Shown here in pieces: positions 24,100 to 36,080 of a stretch of 64,000 nucleotides of DNA; within the stretch, counting starts at the first letter, position 1; each line of letters opens with the position of its first letter. The notes below the pieces were generated by a model. It ran no database searches and was not told the DNA's origin. It saw nothing but the letters and a program-made list of their open reading frames with translations. The DNA is from Felis catus. Taxonomy: Eukaryota. The position numbers and the translations under genes were made by a program. Where the stretch lies: NCBI RefSeq assembly GCF_018350175.1, contig NC_058368.1, positions 177,570,001-177,634,000 on the forward strand, in the 5' to 3' direction.

Positions 24100-25235
24100 C
24101 TCAGACACCCTTACCCTCTCTAGAAAGTAGCAACTCCAAAGTGAAGGGTGGGAAAAAACTCTCGTAACCAATGAGAAATAAGAAGGGGTAAATAGCACCG
24201 TGCCTGGAAAGAGAAAGCCTTCAGTAAATGCTGACTCAACCCCATTAGCATAAAAACATGCCAGATCGTTCCGAGCTTAAAATTAATAAACTCCTTGACT
24301 TCCACACTCCCCACCCATGATCACCCCGCTCCTTTTCTCCTCTTATGGTAGAGTGCCTCAAAGGAGTCTGTGTTCACTGTCTCCACCTCCTTCCTTCTCA
24401 TTCTCCTGACCTTGCTTCCACCATGCCCGCCGTCCATGACACCTGCGTTTCTGGACCACCAAAGACCTCTGGTGGCCACAGCCAGTGGCCAGTTTGCAAT
24501 CCTCCTTTCCTCCCAGCTTCTCAACTCCCCAGCAGCATTTGGCACAGGGATCCCTTCTCAAAACCTACTTTGTGCTAGCTTCTGGACCCACTGTCTCCTG
24601 GTTCCCCTCCTGCCTTCTGACTGCTCCTTCGCCGCTGCCCTCTTCCTGCGGGCCCTAAATAGTGGAGAACCTCGGGGCTCAGTCCTCCAGCCACACAACT
24701 CCCTTGGGGGTGGGCCTCATCAGTCTTTCTCCTTTACATGTGCCCTCTGAATATCAATGACTTCCAGTATATATCTTCAGTCCAGACCTCTTCCAGGCTT
24801 GCTGCTCTTTGAATATCCCAAATATGCACCTACACCAACATCTCTGCACTTTCGGACTCTTTTTTCTGTGTACTTAATCCCCCAGATATCTGCAGAGGTG
24901 GCTCTAAGGCACCTTCTCCAACCACTTTATATAAAGTAGCACACATCTCCATAAACACCTACCCCCCGAACCCTGTTTTATTTCTCTTCATATCATTTAT
25001 CGCAGCCTGACATATTACATAGTTATTTGCTTATGTCTCATAGAATATGATCTCCTTCCTTCAGTATAAGCACTTCCCTGCTTTGTTTCCTGCTCTAGTC
25101 CCAACACCTCTGGTCTAAATATATACCTTTAATGTAGACACATGATATACGCTCTGGTGCTATAACAGAACAATACCTGTCATAGAGTAGACACACAGTA
25201 AATATTTGTGGGGTGGATGAATGGATGAATGGAGA
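24100..25235 (+). mobile_element. L2 fragment (ORF2 3' half to 3' end)
   Basis: ccagtggccagtttgcaatcctcc...cagcagcatttggcaca; ends cacagtaaatatttgtggggtggatgaatg. Confidence 0.75.
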
Positions 25236-25299
25236 AAATAGTAAATAATAAATAAGCAAACCTTTGGTTAATGGGTAAAGAAATTAATAAAAGGGATAG

Positions 25300-25650
25300 T
25301 GATAAATAAAAGGCAGTATACTGTGGAATACAAGTCAGCAATTTAAAAGAATGGATTGCTGATACAGGCGACCCCATGGATAAATCCCCAAATTATGAAT
25401 CAGAGTGAAGGAGTCAGACACAAAAGAGTGCACACGGCACGCTTCCATTTACATAAAATTCTAGAAAACACAGGGATGGACGGCAAAGGGGTACAAAAAT
25501 CTCTTGGGAGTGATGAAACGTTCTGTATCTTGATTGTGGTGGTGGTTTCTGTGCTGTATATACATCTGTAGAAACTCATCAGATTATTCATTTTAAGTGG
25601 ATGCACTTTATGGCACATAAATCATACCTCAGTTCAGTTGATTTTACATG
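25300..25650 (+). mobile_element. Old L1M (L1ME/MD-like) 3' end
   Basis: gagtgaaggagtcagacacaaaagagt...gtgatgaaacgttctgtatcttgattgtggtggtgg. Confidence 0.8.
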
Positions 25651-25804
25651 AAAGAAATCAGCTAGTGAACGAATCAGTCAATCCATCCACTCACCAGCCT
25701 TCCTTTATCGACTATTCCACCAGGGCTCAAAATACATAGATGTAACCCAATCCGGCACACCTTAGGTCAGTTTCCCAGCCAGACTTTTTCCAATGAGGAT
25801 GGGA

Positions 25805-26010
25805 ATTGGTACTTATTTCGTGCTTATCATGTGCCAGGCTCTGTTCATAATCATTTCAATTCTTCCTCACAAGGGTCTTGTGAAGCAGGCAATAGTATTC
25901 TCATTTTGCAGACAAGGTCACTAAGTCTCAGAAAAGAAAAGTGACATCCTGAAACCATACAGCCCCAAAACGGAAGACCCAGGATTTGAGCCCACATTTC
26001 TCAGACTCCT
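25805..26010 (-). mobile_element. MIR
   Basis: atgtgccaggctctg...ctcattttgcagacaagg...ggatttgagccca. Confidence 0.8.
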
Positions 26011-26799
26011 AGGCTATATCACAAACTTATTCCCACTGAGGCCCTAATAGAAACCTCGTGTGTGCGTGTGTGTGTGTGTATATGCATGAGCATACAAGCA
26101 CGGCCTTGTACACATCTCTCGTCTCTCCAGGAGAAAATGTTCCCACTGCCAAAGGGATTAAATGTGTTTCTCATCATTTGTGAGTGTCATGGGAAGACTC
26201 GAGAAGAAGCAGTAGCCAGGTCCAGATGTTGTCTCTGGTCCACTGAGGACAGAGAAATCACCCCAGCTGGAGCAAGAGCTCAGCCAGTAGTGTCCCTTGT
26301 GGGATGAGAGAGGCTGAGGGTGGGGGTATTCTATGCCCAAGTGTGGGGCTCAAGGGATCATGTCGGCAATGTCAGGGATATGTTTATGTTGAGCTGGAGT
26401 GGGGGCATCCAAAGAAGAGCTCAGTATGACTTTGTCCTGTAAATCATAACCTACCACTCAAGTATAAGAAGGAAGAAGGAGGAGAGGCAGAGGAATGCAG
26501 AAAATGGACATTTTGGGGAACTTAACCATATTCGGGGCCCTGTGCCAGACACTTGCATACATATCTTACTTGAGCATCATAGAACCCTGCCAGGTAAGAG
26601 AATGTTTTTTTCCCTTTTCTTAGATGAAGAAATGGAGGCTCAGAAAAATGATGGAACTTGTACGAATCACGTGAATGGTACATGACATGTCGCTTTCCTT
26701 CTACTGGCGCTCTCTTCCAGAGTAAAGACCTTGCTGTCTTTAGCACTTTCTCAACTTCGCATTTTCCCAAAGAAATTCACTGCCCAATACGTTTACTCA

Positions 26800-27250
26800 C
26801 ACACGCATCCACCCATTTACCTACCCTTCCATCCATCCATAGCCACATCTAATCCATGTACTTAATCATGCAATTATCCATCAATCCGCTTATCCACTCA
26901 TCCAAGCATTCACACAGTTGTCCATCAGTGCATGCACATATGCAAACACCAGTACTTCGTCCACCCATGGGTCCCACTAGACACCATCCAACTACCCGAC
27001 CAACCATTCAACCACCTACCAATCCACCCTCCCATCTATTTACTACCCAACCAGTCACCCATTTATATACATAGCCACCTATGTATGTGTCCCCCTACCT
27101 ATTCACTCAGCCAAGCATTCCATGATTCATCCACCCATCCATCCTCCCACCAAACGCATAACCAACCAGATGCTACCCATCACTCCAAGCACATGTCCAA
27201 TCATCCACTCATCATTCATGGATCCACTAGGCCAGCCACCCATCCGCATT
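26800..27250. repeat. Degenerate (CCAT)n low-complexity tract
   Basis: repeated ccatccatcc/ccacccat units over about 450 bp. Confidence 0.8.
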
Positions 27251-27276
27251 CCGGGTATACCAAAACACAGACATGC

Positions 27277-27500
27277 TGTGATGGTTAATGTTATGTATCA
27301 AGTTAGCTAGGCCACGGTACCCACATATGTGGTCAAACACCAATCTAGATATTGCTGTAAAGATATTTTTAAGATGAGAATAACGTTTGAACAGTAGACT
27401 TTAAGTAAAGCAGATTACCCTCCATAATGTGGGTGGGCCTCATCCAATCAGTTGAGGCCTTAAGACAAAAAATACTGAGGTCCTTGAGGAAGAGAATTCT
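27277..27500 (+). mobile_element. MLT2 (ERVL) LTR, 5' half
   Basis: tgtgatggttaatgttatgtatcaa start and cagattaccctccataatgtgggtgggcctcatccaatcagttga. Confidence 0.88.
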
Positions 27501-28852
27501 GAGGTCCAAAGACTTGGGAGATATTTTAAAAGCAGCAACGGCAGGACTTGGTGACTGAAAGAAGATGATGCCATCAGGGAGGACCATGTTTCTGGCTCAA
27601 GAGCCAAGATAAGTGGAGGTACCACTGCCCAAGAACAAGCTGATAGGAGAGGAAGGGGAGGCAGTGGGCAGTTCAAGTTTGGCCAAGTTGGGTTGGCAGT
27701 CCCTGAGGAACCTCCAGGGGGACATTCGGCAGCTGGGAGACATGAGCAGCTGGAGCTTAAGGAACAGAAAACTGAGGGTAGAGGCTTGGGTCCGACGGAA
27801 TGAGTAGGTGACAATCCTGTTTGAGCTGAGGGGCCTCAGGGCCATAAACAGACTTCTGTAGGGGGAGATCGATGCAGCAAGGGGATCCCAGAAGACTTGT
27901 TGCTCCCCTGGCTGGGGTCCTGACCTCCCCCTGCTCTGAGCTCCTGGGAGGAGTCTGGCCCCTACCAGGGGGCCTTCCAATCCGCTCCCTCTTTCTCTGG
28001 GGTTCATGGAGGGTTCACAGGAGCAGACGGACCCCGTAGGGCTCCTGCACAGATGGGAAATGGGGCCATCTCAGGCTCCGGCCCAGGGGTGGGCCCCAGA
28101 GCTCCAGCTGGAAACCCCATTTGGGGGCTGCAGGGGTGTGTGTAAAACTGCTCCCTGGGTGGCTCAGGCCAGTGCAGCTCAGAGAACAAACTGTTGTCTC
28201 TGCCATAAATCCCCTCGGCCATAAAGTCCCTTCCCCCCTGACCCCTTGGTTGGTGTGAGAAACTGAGGGCAGGGCAGGGCAGGGTGATGACCTCCTGACT
28301 CCGGGGCCACTGGCCTTCCAGCCCACCATGTCACTCCTTTCAAGGCCTCCTGCGCCCGCTCAGGGCCCCAACACGGAGAGACACAGGCCCAGCCTGGGAG
28401 TCAAAAACCCTGGTTCAAGACCCAGCGGTGCCCTGGTTTCCCCCAGGTCATTTCCCCATCAGGATCTCAGTTTCTTACTAGCAAATTGTCTTTGAGAATC
28501 CCTGTCTTGCCCCCTGGAGGGGAGTATGAGGGTCAAAGAAAAGGGGCAGTTTAGTATCACAGATAAGAGGAACATCAGCATGCCCCACTGTCATTTAACC
28601 TCTCTGGGTCTTTTCTTACCTGTAAAATTGGGGTAGTGATAAGACCTACGTCAAGGGGTTGTGTGGATAAAGTGAGGGACTGACTGAGGTACTGCAGGTA
28701 GAGTACAGAATGCGATACTTTAGAGCAAAGCCTTTTGAAAGATGCATATACATGTGCATTTCCTAAATGTTTGTAAAACTTTTGAAGGATCCTAAAATGG
28801 TTATTCAACACTTTGACTACTGGGGAAAATGTGGTTAATAAAGATTTCTGTA

Positions 28853-29025
28853 GGGGTGGCTGGGTGGCTGAGTCGGTTAAGCGTCCGACTTCGACTCGGG
28901 TCATGATCTCACGGTTCTTGAGTTCGAGCCCCACATTGGGCTCTGTGCTGACAGCTCGGAGCCTGGAACCTGCTTGGGATTCTATGTCTCCCTCTCTCTC
29001 TGCCTGTCTCCTGCTTGTACTCCCA

Positions 29026-29058
<33 letters not shown>

Positions 29059-29086
29059 AAAAGTAAATTAAAAAATAAAATAAAAT
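28853..29086 (+). mobile_element. Can-SINE (host of a tail insertion)
   Basis: SINE head and body; outer TSD aataaagatttctgta (28837-28852) / aataatgatttttgta (29314-29329). Confidence 0.95.
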
Positions 29087-29300
29087 GGGGCACCTGGGTG
29101 GCTCAGTCAGTTGAGCGTCCAACTTCGGCTCAGTTCGTGATCTCACGGTTCGTGGGTTCCAGCCCCGCATCGGGCTCTGTGCTGACAGCTCAGAACCTGG
29201 AGCCTGTTTTGGATCCTGCATCTCCCGTTCTCTCTGTTCCTCCTCTGCTCTCACTCTGTCTCTCTCCCTCAAAAATAAATAAAGATTAAAAAAATAATAA
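29087..29300 (+). mobile_element. Can-SINE inserted in the A tail of the preceding SINE
   Basis: GGGGCACCTGGGTGGCTCAG head; aaaataaaataaaat on both sides. Confidence 0.95.
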
Positions 29301-29609
29301 TAAAATAAAATAAAATAATGATTTTTGTAAACTGCCTGAGAAATGACATGATATTTTTCAGTTGCTCTTCACTTTCCTGGGATTTTTATTCATTTATTTG
29401 ACAAAAGTGTGTCTAGACATAAGCAAATGCACATGGTGCAAAACCAAGATTGTATAAGTGAAAAGAAAACTGTCTCCACACCCGTATTCTCCAGCTCCCT
29501 AGTTCCCTATCGTTATCAACAGTTTTGCGCATTCTTTCTGAAAACTTCACATGCACACATACATAGACATAAAAGGTGAGGGAAGGAGCCAACATCGCGA
29601 TGAGCAATT

Positions 29610-29995
29610 CAGGTCACTGGTGCGGACCAGCATCCTGAGAAGCATGGAAGGTGGGGAATGAATAGAGGAAGACGTGATGCCCCATGGAGATGGCCCCTTT
29701 CAGGACCAAGACACTCGCTCATTCTTCGGCTGCCTGCCGTGTCACCTGAGGATGGCACATAGCTGAGTCCCCTCGCAAGGAATGGCCCTCCGACGAGGTG
29801 AGCCACCTCACCCAAGGCTACACCCTTCCAGGGCAGCCTGCATCCCAACACTGGTCCCCTGGCCTCAATTCCAACAACCTGGAAGAGCCATCCCAGCTCC
29901 AGAGACGCCCACAGGATTGGGAGGGCCTTTGTTTCCACTGCCTGGCGGCTCATCTCCTCCCTCTGCCCGGGCCTGCTTTCCTCACCCCTTCAGAG
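29610..29995 (+). mobile_element. LTR16-like (ERVL) 5' LTR
   Basis: gccacctcacccaaggctacacccttcc...gccatcccagctccagag...ctccctctgccc resemble LTR16C. Confidence 0.7.
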
Positions 29996-30009
29996 GATCC
30001 CCCTACCAG

Positions 30010-30930
30010 GCTGGAGTGGCGCAGCTTGAAAAACTCTCCCCAGCAGTGAAATGTGAGGGGCTCTGGTGGGACGAAATGCAGCACAAGCATCGCCAGGACA
30101 TGTGACAGTTGGGGAAAGAGGCCATCGTAACCACCCTGGCTGATGAGTGTTGCCAACGATCAGCGATACATTAGTGAAAGGCGGTTAAAAGGCTGAGCGT
30201 GATTAATTACCAACTGAAGGTGAAGTGTAAAAGCCAGGAGTTCTCCTTGGCCACATCAGAAGGGGTTCCATCTCTTTCAAGAGACGCCAGGGGAAGCAGA
30301 GAACCAAGCCCAGAGTTAACTAAAAGAGAAGCTTCAGAGAAGGTTGGATTTTCCAGCAAGTCTGCTCTGCCAGCATCATAGTCCTGCTTAGAAGGAATGG
30401 GACCCTGGGGCACCTGGGTGGCTCAGCTGGCTGAGTGTTCGACTTCAGCTCAGGTCATGATCTCGCAGTCTGTGAGTTCGAGCCCCACGTCGGGCTCTGT
30501 GCTGACAGCTCAGAGCCTGGAGCCTCCTTCAGATTCTGTGCCCCCCACCTCTTCCCCTCCCCTGCTCATGCTCTGTCTCTCTCTGTCTCAAAAATAAATA
30601 AAAACATTAAAAAAATTTTTTAGAAGGAGTGGGACCCTGAGGTGTGGGAACTTGTAGGTGGATGCACTTAAAAATCTAGAATCCCTGAGTTTTTCTGAAC
30701 CCCATGAGCGTGCAGAACCACTGCCTGTTAAATGCTAGCATTTGTCTCCCACTTGAAGATGACGCAGAGGCCTGTACCTTGAAGGAAAAAAAAAAAAAAA
30801 AAAGATCTACCTCACTCAGAATCTACCCTCATCTCTCTTCCTGGCTGCCAGACCAGTGACTAGAGTTAATCACAATACAACAGGGCCAGGAGAGTGCCAA
30901 GCCCACTAAAGGAAATAATAGGGAACTAAC
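30010..30930 (+). mobile_element. ERVL internal gag remnant, interrupted by a SINE
   Basis: gaatgggaccctgag (EWDPE) and agaccagtgactagagtt (RPVTRV) are ERVL gag-like; lies between the LTR and RT. Confidence 0.6.
30407..30621 (+). mobile_element. Can-SINE
   Basis: TSD agaaggaatgggaccct/agaaggagtgggaccct. Confidence 0.95.
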
Positions 30931-30934
30931 ACTA

Positions 30935-31545
30935 ACTCAACCAAGCATCTCCAATTGCAACTGCCATGTTGGAGGTGGTGTCTTTGCTAAAGCAGATTAA
31001 CGTGGTGTCAGGTGCATGGTATGTGGCTGTTGATCTGGCAAATGCATGTAATTCTAACCCCATTAGGAAGGAGAACCAGAAGCATTTCATACTCATGAGG
31101 CGTGCATAACAGTATTTTCCAGGACTATGTTAACTCTCCCAACCTCTATCATAACACACTCCAAAGACATGCAGAGAGTCTGGACATTGTAGATAGATGA
31201 TCACAGTAGTAGACCCTAAATTGGAAAGCCTGGCATGTTAATCAGACTGCATGAACAAGTGACAGGTATATTGGATGCCTTGGTAAGAAACCAGCTTTAC
31301 AGAGAACAGGAGAAAAACTCTATGAAGATTCCAAAACCCACCATATCAGTGACATTTTTAAGGGCCTAGTAGTTCTGGAACATGCTGAGTCAACTCCCTC
31401 AAAAGTAAAGAACAACTTAATGTATCACATAGCCCCCACCATGAAGAAGGGAACACAGCACCTGGTAGGACTCTCTGGGTTCTAGAGGCAGCCTATTTCA
31501 CACTTGGAAATGCTGCCCTGATCCCTTTACCAAGTGATGTGGAAC
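30935..31545 (+). mobile_element. ERVL pol reverse-transcriptase remnant (disabled)
   Basis: translates to EVVSLLKQINVVSGAWYVAVDLANA, QDYVNSP, APTMKKGTQHLVGLSGF; collinear with ERVL RT, with stops and frameshifts. Confidence 0.88.
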
Positions 31546-32009
31546 TGGGCTGTGCATGGGAAGTGAGCAAGGAAGGGAGGCAGTGGTTACAAATACCCTG
31601 AGCTCTGGAGCCAGGCTGATAGGGTGTGAGTCCTGGTTCCATCACGTATGGCTGTGTGACCTTGGGTAGGGATAGCAATGATGCCTATCTCAAGGCTACA
31701 GGGAGTTAATACATCGGAAACAGGTAGAACAGTATCTGACACATGGTAAATATTCCTGGAATGATTATAAATGGCAGAGCACAGACCCAAACACAGATTT
31801 GAACCATGGACTCTTTCTCTTGCACCACCCAAGACATGGGACAAGATGGCATTAAAGCCAAGGAAAGAGAGAGGGACCTATTCTAGGACTGTGGCAGGGA
31901 TGTCTCAGCAATCACAGTGCAGCTCAGAGTGGAGAGAGAGGGACAGAGAGAGGGAGGCAGCTTCCATGGCTTTAGTAAATGTGGCTTGTGGACTGATGGC
32001 TGGAATATC

Positions 32010-32470
32010 AAAGTCTGGGCTGACCAGATGAACTGTAATATTCGGGGTGACACGAGATACCTTAAAAAGAATAACATTAAGTAAAAAATCCCAAATTCTC
32101 TGTGGCTTCACCAAATACACACTTCCTTCTCACTCACGTCAAGTTCCCATGATGATGAAAAGTTGGTGGCTGTGCTTCATGATGTCACTCAGGGACCCAA
32201 GACCTTTCCATCTGGTGGCTCCAACACCTCCTAGGGCCTCAGAGTCTTCTAGATCATCTGCAGGTGGCCAAGAAATAGGAGTGGCAGCACAAAGGCTCCT
32301 ACCGGAAGCTGTAAGGCCTAGCAGTGGCTCCCCCACCCCCACTCCCACCCCACTGGCAGAATCTCAGTCATGGCCTTACTTAGCTGCAAGGAGTGGGAAA
32401 ATGTAGTCTAGCTGTGAGCCCAGGGAATATGAGAAAATGGATTTGAGGCACACTTAGCTTGTCTCTGCCC
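32010..32470 (-). mobile_element. MaLR LTR (MLT1J-like)
   Basis: tcactcagggacccaagacctttccatctggtggctcc...tcagtcatggccttacttagctgcaaggagtgggaaaatgtagtctagctgtg. Confidence 0.75.
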
Positions 32471-33435
32471 TAGGCTTTGAGCTGGGAAGCCATAATGATA
32501 CCTCCTCCAGGCCATCCTTACACTTGGCACAGAGCTAAGTGCTTGGAAGTCCTCACTAGTTCCTGCCTCCAGGCAGAGCTGACATTCAGCTGGGACCCTC
32601 AAAGCAGAGGGCTACTGACAGCCAACAGCCACGCTGCCGGGTCAGAGTCTGTCCTGTCTTTCACTGTGTTGAACACTGCCCTACCTCCCCTGGCTTGGAA
32701 TGCTCCCCATTTGGAATGGCAGATCCCCCAGAGCACTTCGGCATCTGGCTGTTGGAATTAGACTGCTGTGGGCGAAACCCAGGCTCTGACCTTTGCCAGC
32801 TGGGCCAACTAGCTCAAGTCCCTTGACCTTAACCTTGTCTTGCTTAGTCAGGTACTGCGACCCCACTCATCTACTTCCTCAGCCCTCTGTCCCCTCCCCA
32901 GCTCCCCACACCAGTTTATCCTGAGTGAATGGAGTGCCATTATAAGACCATTCTGTGTTATAGTTTGGGATGCATTAACATTCAACTTCAGCATCAGAAT
33001 TCAGCCCAAATCTGCTCTTGGCTTCAACTTTGGAAAGCCAACAGCCAAATGCCAACTTAGTGTCATTTTTGGCATCCCTAAACTGTGTGGGAGAAATGGT
33101 CATGGAATCACATAGGTTTCCAATCATGTCCAATCATCACAGCAGCGTCAGTAATACATACAAGACACGGCATTCGAGGTTATTGTTGCTATCTGACTAT
33201 TGACTTCCCAACATAGGCAGTGATTCTAAGTGTAACTCATAGTGGACATTGCCTTGTAGGATTTTTAGCTTGTCAGTGATAAGATACATTTCGCCTTTCA
33301 GTGAAAGGGTAAGGTATCTATGATCAGCATAAATGCCTACAATGATCCATGGCAGTTATGCACACTGTTCATTTTAGGTACAAAAGCTATCATTTAAAAA
33401 GTTCAGTTAGTTAATTAAAGGAAACAAATTATAGT

Positions 33436-33902
33436 TGTTGGGAGACAATTCTTTCTCTCTGGCCTCTCACTTTTCCAAACAGCTTGGGAGCCAAGATTCT
33501 GACTATGTTTTCAAGGATATTTGAGTAGTGAACAATCCTGGAAGATAGAGATGGTGTTTGCCTCCAGAGCAGTGGGCGAAAGTGTCCTTCGTCCAGTGTA
33601 ACAAAGAAAATGTCTTCCTCTGGGGCAAAAGTCAGGCAAATTTTCTGTACAAGGATTCAGTTCCCTCAGTTTGGAGTTCCTCAGCTATGACAAAAACCCA
33701 CTGCGTGTATAGCAGCCACCTGGCCCCTCCACACCCCACCATCCATTGGTGAAGTTCATGCCGTCTGCTTCGCTATAGGTAATAATGTCTTTTGTCTCTG
33801 ACCCAAGAGTCTTGTGTCTTCTGCCAGCATCCATGAAATGGTGCAAGGAAACTTGTTAACTTACAAGTAGGTAACATCTCAGACCCTTCACAGTTCTTGA
33901 CA
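33436..33902 (+). mobile_element. Solo LTR, MER68/MER77-like
   Basis: TG...CA termini: tgttgggagacaattct ... tctcagacccttcacagttcttgaca. Confidence 0.8.
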
Positions 33903-33975
33903 AGTTTATTTGAATTTTAAAAGAGAATTGTCTTAGATCAGGTTCCCTGGGAAATGGCTCTGAGATGGGAGATAT

Positions 33976-34038
33976 GGATGGATGGATGGATCGTTGGATG
34001 GATGGATATGTGAATTGATATGTGGATGGACAGATGGA
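33976..34038. repeat. (GGAT)n repeat
   Basis: tggatggatggatgga runs. Confidence 0.85.
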
Positions 34039-34632
34039 AGGGGGAAAAAGTAAGGACTCCTGAGCATTCAGGCAGGAGAGGTGACTCATTTTCTCTCCAG
34101 GTCTGGGGAAGGGAGGCAGGTATGAAGCAGCAGGCGATGGGTGAATTCCCAGATGCTGCTTCCTGACCCAGCACGTCTCCTGTTTCCAATCTGCATACTC
34201 ACCCTTTCCAAGGAGGGCTGCGATTAAACCCAGCTGAACACCAAGCCCCGGGGATGGGAACTCAACAAATTCTGCACCCCAATTGACAGGCAGATGGGAC
34301 TGTCAAGCAGAAAGAGAGAGGACTGCCCAGGACCAGGGCACAGACCTCCCCCTTCGGCTGAAGACTTTAATCAAGGGATTATGCACATGACTACTTTGTA
34401 GCCAGGTGAAATTTGTGGAAAGCAGACAGGGCTCAAAATGCAGCAGAAACCTGCTTTGAATTTACAGAGCAGACCTCCATGGGAGAGGAGGGGAGTTGAC
34501 TGGGGCCCTCCCTGTCCAAGAGGAGAAAATGGAAGGAATTTGAGAAAAGAGAAAAAAGTTTGGGGAGGGCTTTCACTGGACACCCTCTCCATGCCAGGTA
34601 GGATACTCAGAGGCTTAGAAATGGCATCTCAG

Positions 34633-34858
34633 GGGGCGCCTGGGTGGCTCAGTTGGTTAGGCATCAGACTTCAGCTCAGGTCATGATCTCACGGTCTGTG
34701 AGTTCGAGCCCCGCATCGGGCTCCGGGCTGACAGCTCGGAGCCTGGAGCCTGCTTCGGATTCTGTGTCTCCCTCTCTCTCCCTCTCTCTCTGCCCCTGCC
34801 CCATTCATGCTCTGTCTCTCTCTGTCTCAAAAATAAATAAACATTTTTTAAAAATTTA
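34633..34858 (+). mobile_element. Can-SINE (SINEC_Fc type)
   Basis: perfect 16-bp TSD agaaatggcatctcag (34617-34632, 34859-34874). Confidence 0.97.
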
Positions 34859-34976
34859 AGAAATGGCATCTCAGCATGCCAAACTCCAGTAACCCCTCCA
34901 CCATGTCCATATGCAAGGACCTGTATGTTTCTACTGCTAACAGCGTAAGCTGTGATCAACAGCAATAATAACAGCA

Positions 34977-35207
34977 ATGGGGTCAGCAAACTTTCTATAA
35001 AGGGCCAGATAGAAAACATTTTGGGTTTTGCAGGCCATACGGTCTCTGTTGCAACAATTTCACTTTGCTATTGTAGTGTGAAAATAGGCATAGGCAATAT
35101 GTAAATGAATGGGTGTGGCTGTGTTCCAATAAAACTTTATTTGTATAAATAAAATATATTTTATTTGGGGCTGGATTTGGCTCACGGACCATAGTTTGCC
35201 CACCCAG
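34977..35207 (+). mobile_element. MER58A-like hAT-Charlie MITE
   Basis: ggggtcagcaaactttctataaagggccagatag...ggctgtgttccaataaaactttattt...tagtttgcccaccc. Confidence 0.9.
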
Positions 35208-35421
35208 CTTAAGGTTACAAAACACTGTAGCCCCTTTTAAAGACTAACACTGAACAAATTAAAGACTTTTAACCGCACAAAATGCAAGATAGTCCCAAGA
35301 TAATTTCAGGACTTCTTAATAACATCAATCCATACAGCACTATAGGCAGGGCCGTTATATAAGTTGTACGGTGACATTTTTTTTTCTCTTAATCTCATCA
35401 GGGTGGTTCCAGGGCAGTAAA

Positions 35422-35613
35422 TAGGGTAGCCAGCTAAAATATAGGATGCCCAGTCAAATTCAGATTTCAGATAAATGGCAAATAGTGTTTTAATATAGGT
35501 GTGTCTCTACTTAAGAGTTAGAAGGAACTAGAATATTTAGGACATAAAGTAAAGAATTATTTGGGTTTTTTTTTTCCTGAAAGCATTTTTGTTTGCTAAA
35601 TGTGGCAATCCTA
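35422..35613. mobile_element. MER53-like palindromic hAT MITE
   Basis: termini tagggtagccag / tggcaatccta; ggatgcccagtcaaattcagatttcagataaa core. Confidence 0.85.
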
Positions 35614-35899
35614 ACTATACATGTGATCTCATTTGAAGAAACTATGGACGATCTGTCTCTGTCTACAGCCCTTCCTGATAGCAAGGTCAGGGTCAAATGG
35701 AAATAGTGTCCCCAAACTCCCACCACCACCTCACAGAGGCCCTGGATTCAAAGTAGAGAAGTCACCTGTGAGCCAGGCAGACCCGGGTTCCCTACACAAA
35801 TTGCCTGGCCCTGAGTGGGTCCTCCATAAACTGTAGCTGTGGTTTTTAATTCATTTGCAGTATCTTGATGTATTTTATGTTCCCTTTGTAAATCTATCA

Positions 35900-36080
35900 C
35901 CAGTTCTGTGACCCTGACCAAGTTCCTTAACTTTTCTGGAGCCTTAGTTTCCCCCTCTGCAACATGGGGATAATGAAGGCACCTCCTTACGGGGTCTGTG
36001 AAATGAATCAAACGAAGCAATGCTGGTGAAGTGCTTAACATCATGCCTGGCAACTAGTATGCCCTCTCGAGATTTTTAGT
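35900..36080 (+). mobile_element. MIR
   Basis: tgtgaccctgaccaagttccttaacttttctggagccttagtttcccc. Confidence 0.8.

Noticed and set aside
28575..29289. 172-aa and 158-aa ORFs
   Set aside because: Read-through of Can-SINEs; the same AQVMISR/LTAQSLEP peptides recur at most SINE copies
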